This document shows positions 63,855 to 64,000 of a DNA stretch of 64,000 nt, one piece after another. A program made the position numbers and the translations under genes. Origin of the DNA: a virus. Under the pieces are notes generated by a model. That model was given only the letters and a program-made list of their open reading frames with translations. It was not told where the DNA came from and ran no database searches. The stretch covers positions 107,518-171,517 of the IMG/VR virus record IMGVR_UViG_3300010885_057925; one strand, given 5' to 3'. Position 1 is the stretch's first letter, and every line of letters begins with the position of its first letter.

Positions 63855-64000
63855 ACGTAACGCGCGAAATTATGAAGCGGGGGATGGGCTTCCGGCCCGG
63901 AGCACTTTTGGCTGCTCTGTGCGCCAGCAGGGATCCGACCCCTCAGTTAACGCCAACGATGATGAGCTTGCCCCGCATGTTCCGGCGGAAAGCATTCGCC

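Noticed and set aside
1-64000. Bacterial chromosome (O-antigen locus plus housekeeping genes) or eukaryotic giant virus
   Set aside because: Fibre genes, a Seg-like endonuclease, the dispersed tRNA array and many orphan ORFs argue against a cellular origin. SD sequences, CCA-encoding tRNAs, lipoboxes and sigma70-type promoters argue against a eukaryotic virus. No capsid or terminase gene lies in this window, so the phage call remains an inference.

Overview
This window looks like part of a large (jumbo/huge) tailed-phage genome using the standard genetic code, with most genes on the minus strand. From left to right it carries: (1) a ~16 kb nucleotide-sugar/glycosyltransferase cluster (glf, gmd, fcl, UDP-Glc dehydrogenase, DegT, several GTs) containing an AT-rich ACP/acyl-ligase/FabG/LpxA-like sub-cassette; (2) three Gly/Ser/Thr-rich fibre-like proteins; (3) PhoH, a sigma-R4-like HTH, an Hc1-like protein, a YkuK RNase H-like protein and a degenerate GroEL; (4) a yeaH-spoVR-prkA module whose prkA has an in-frame TAA 21 codons before its natural end; (5) Nudix, cupin and DinG-like helicase genes; (6) a dispersed array of 20 tRNA genes, mixed with two free-standing endonuclease genes whose stop codons lie inside the next tRNA, host-like metabolic genes (acyl-CoA dehydrogenase, di-haem cytochrome c peroxidase), Asp/Thr-rich lipoproteins, a deaminase and an ATE/Bpt-like transferase. 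The strongest unexplained pattern is a set of at least 11 otherwise unrelated proteins sharing an N-terminal LRxIIREE...LxE leader (plus two C-terminal copies), mostly preceded by an ATANTTA DNA motif; this is a candidate late-expressed capsid-targeting/injected-cargo system. A second promoter class (GTGCAA-N17-TAnnnT) and candidate structured RNAs in tRNA spacers were also found. All calls come from manual motif reading; no database searches were run.
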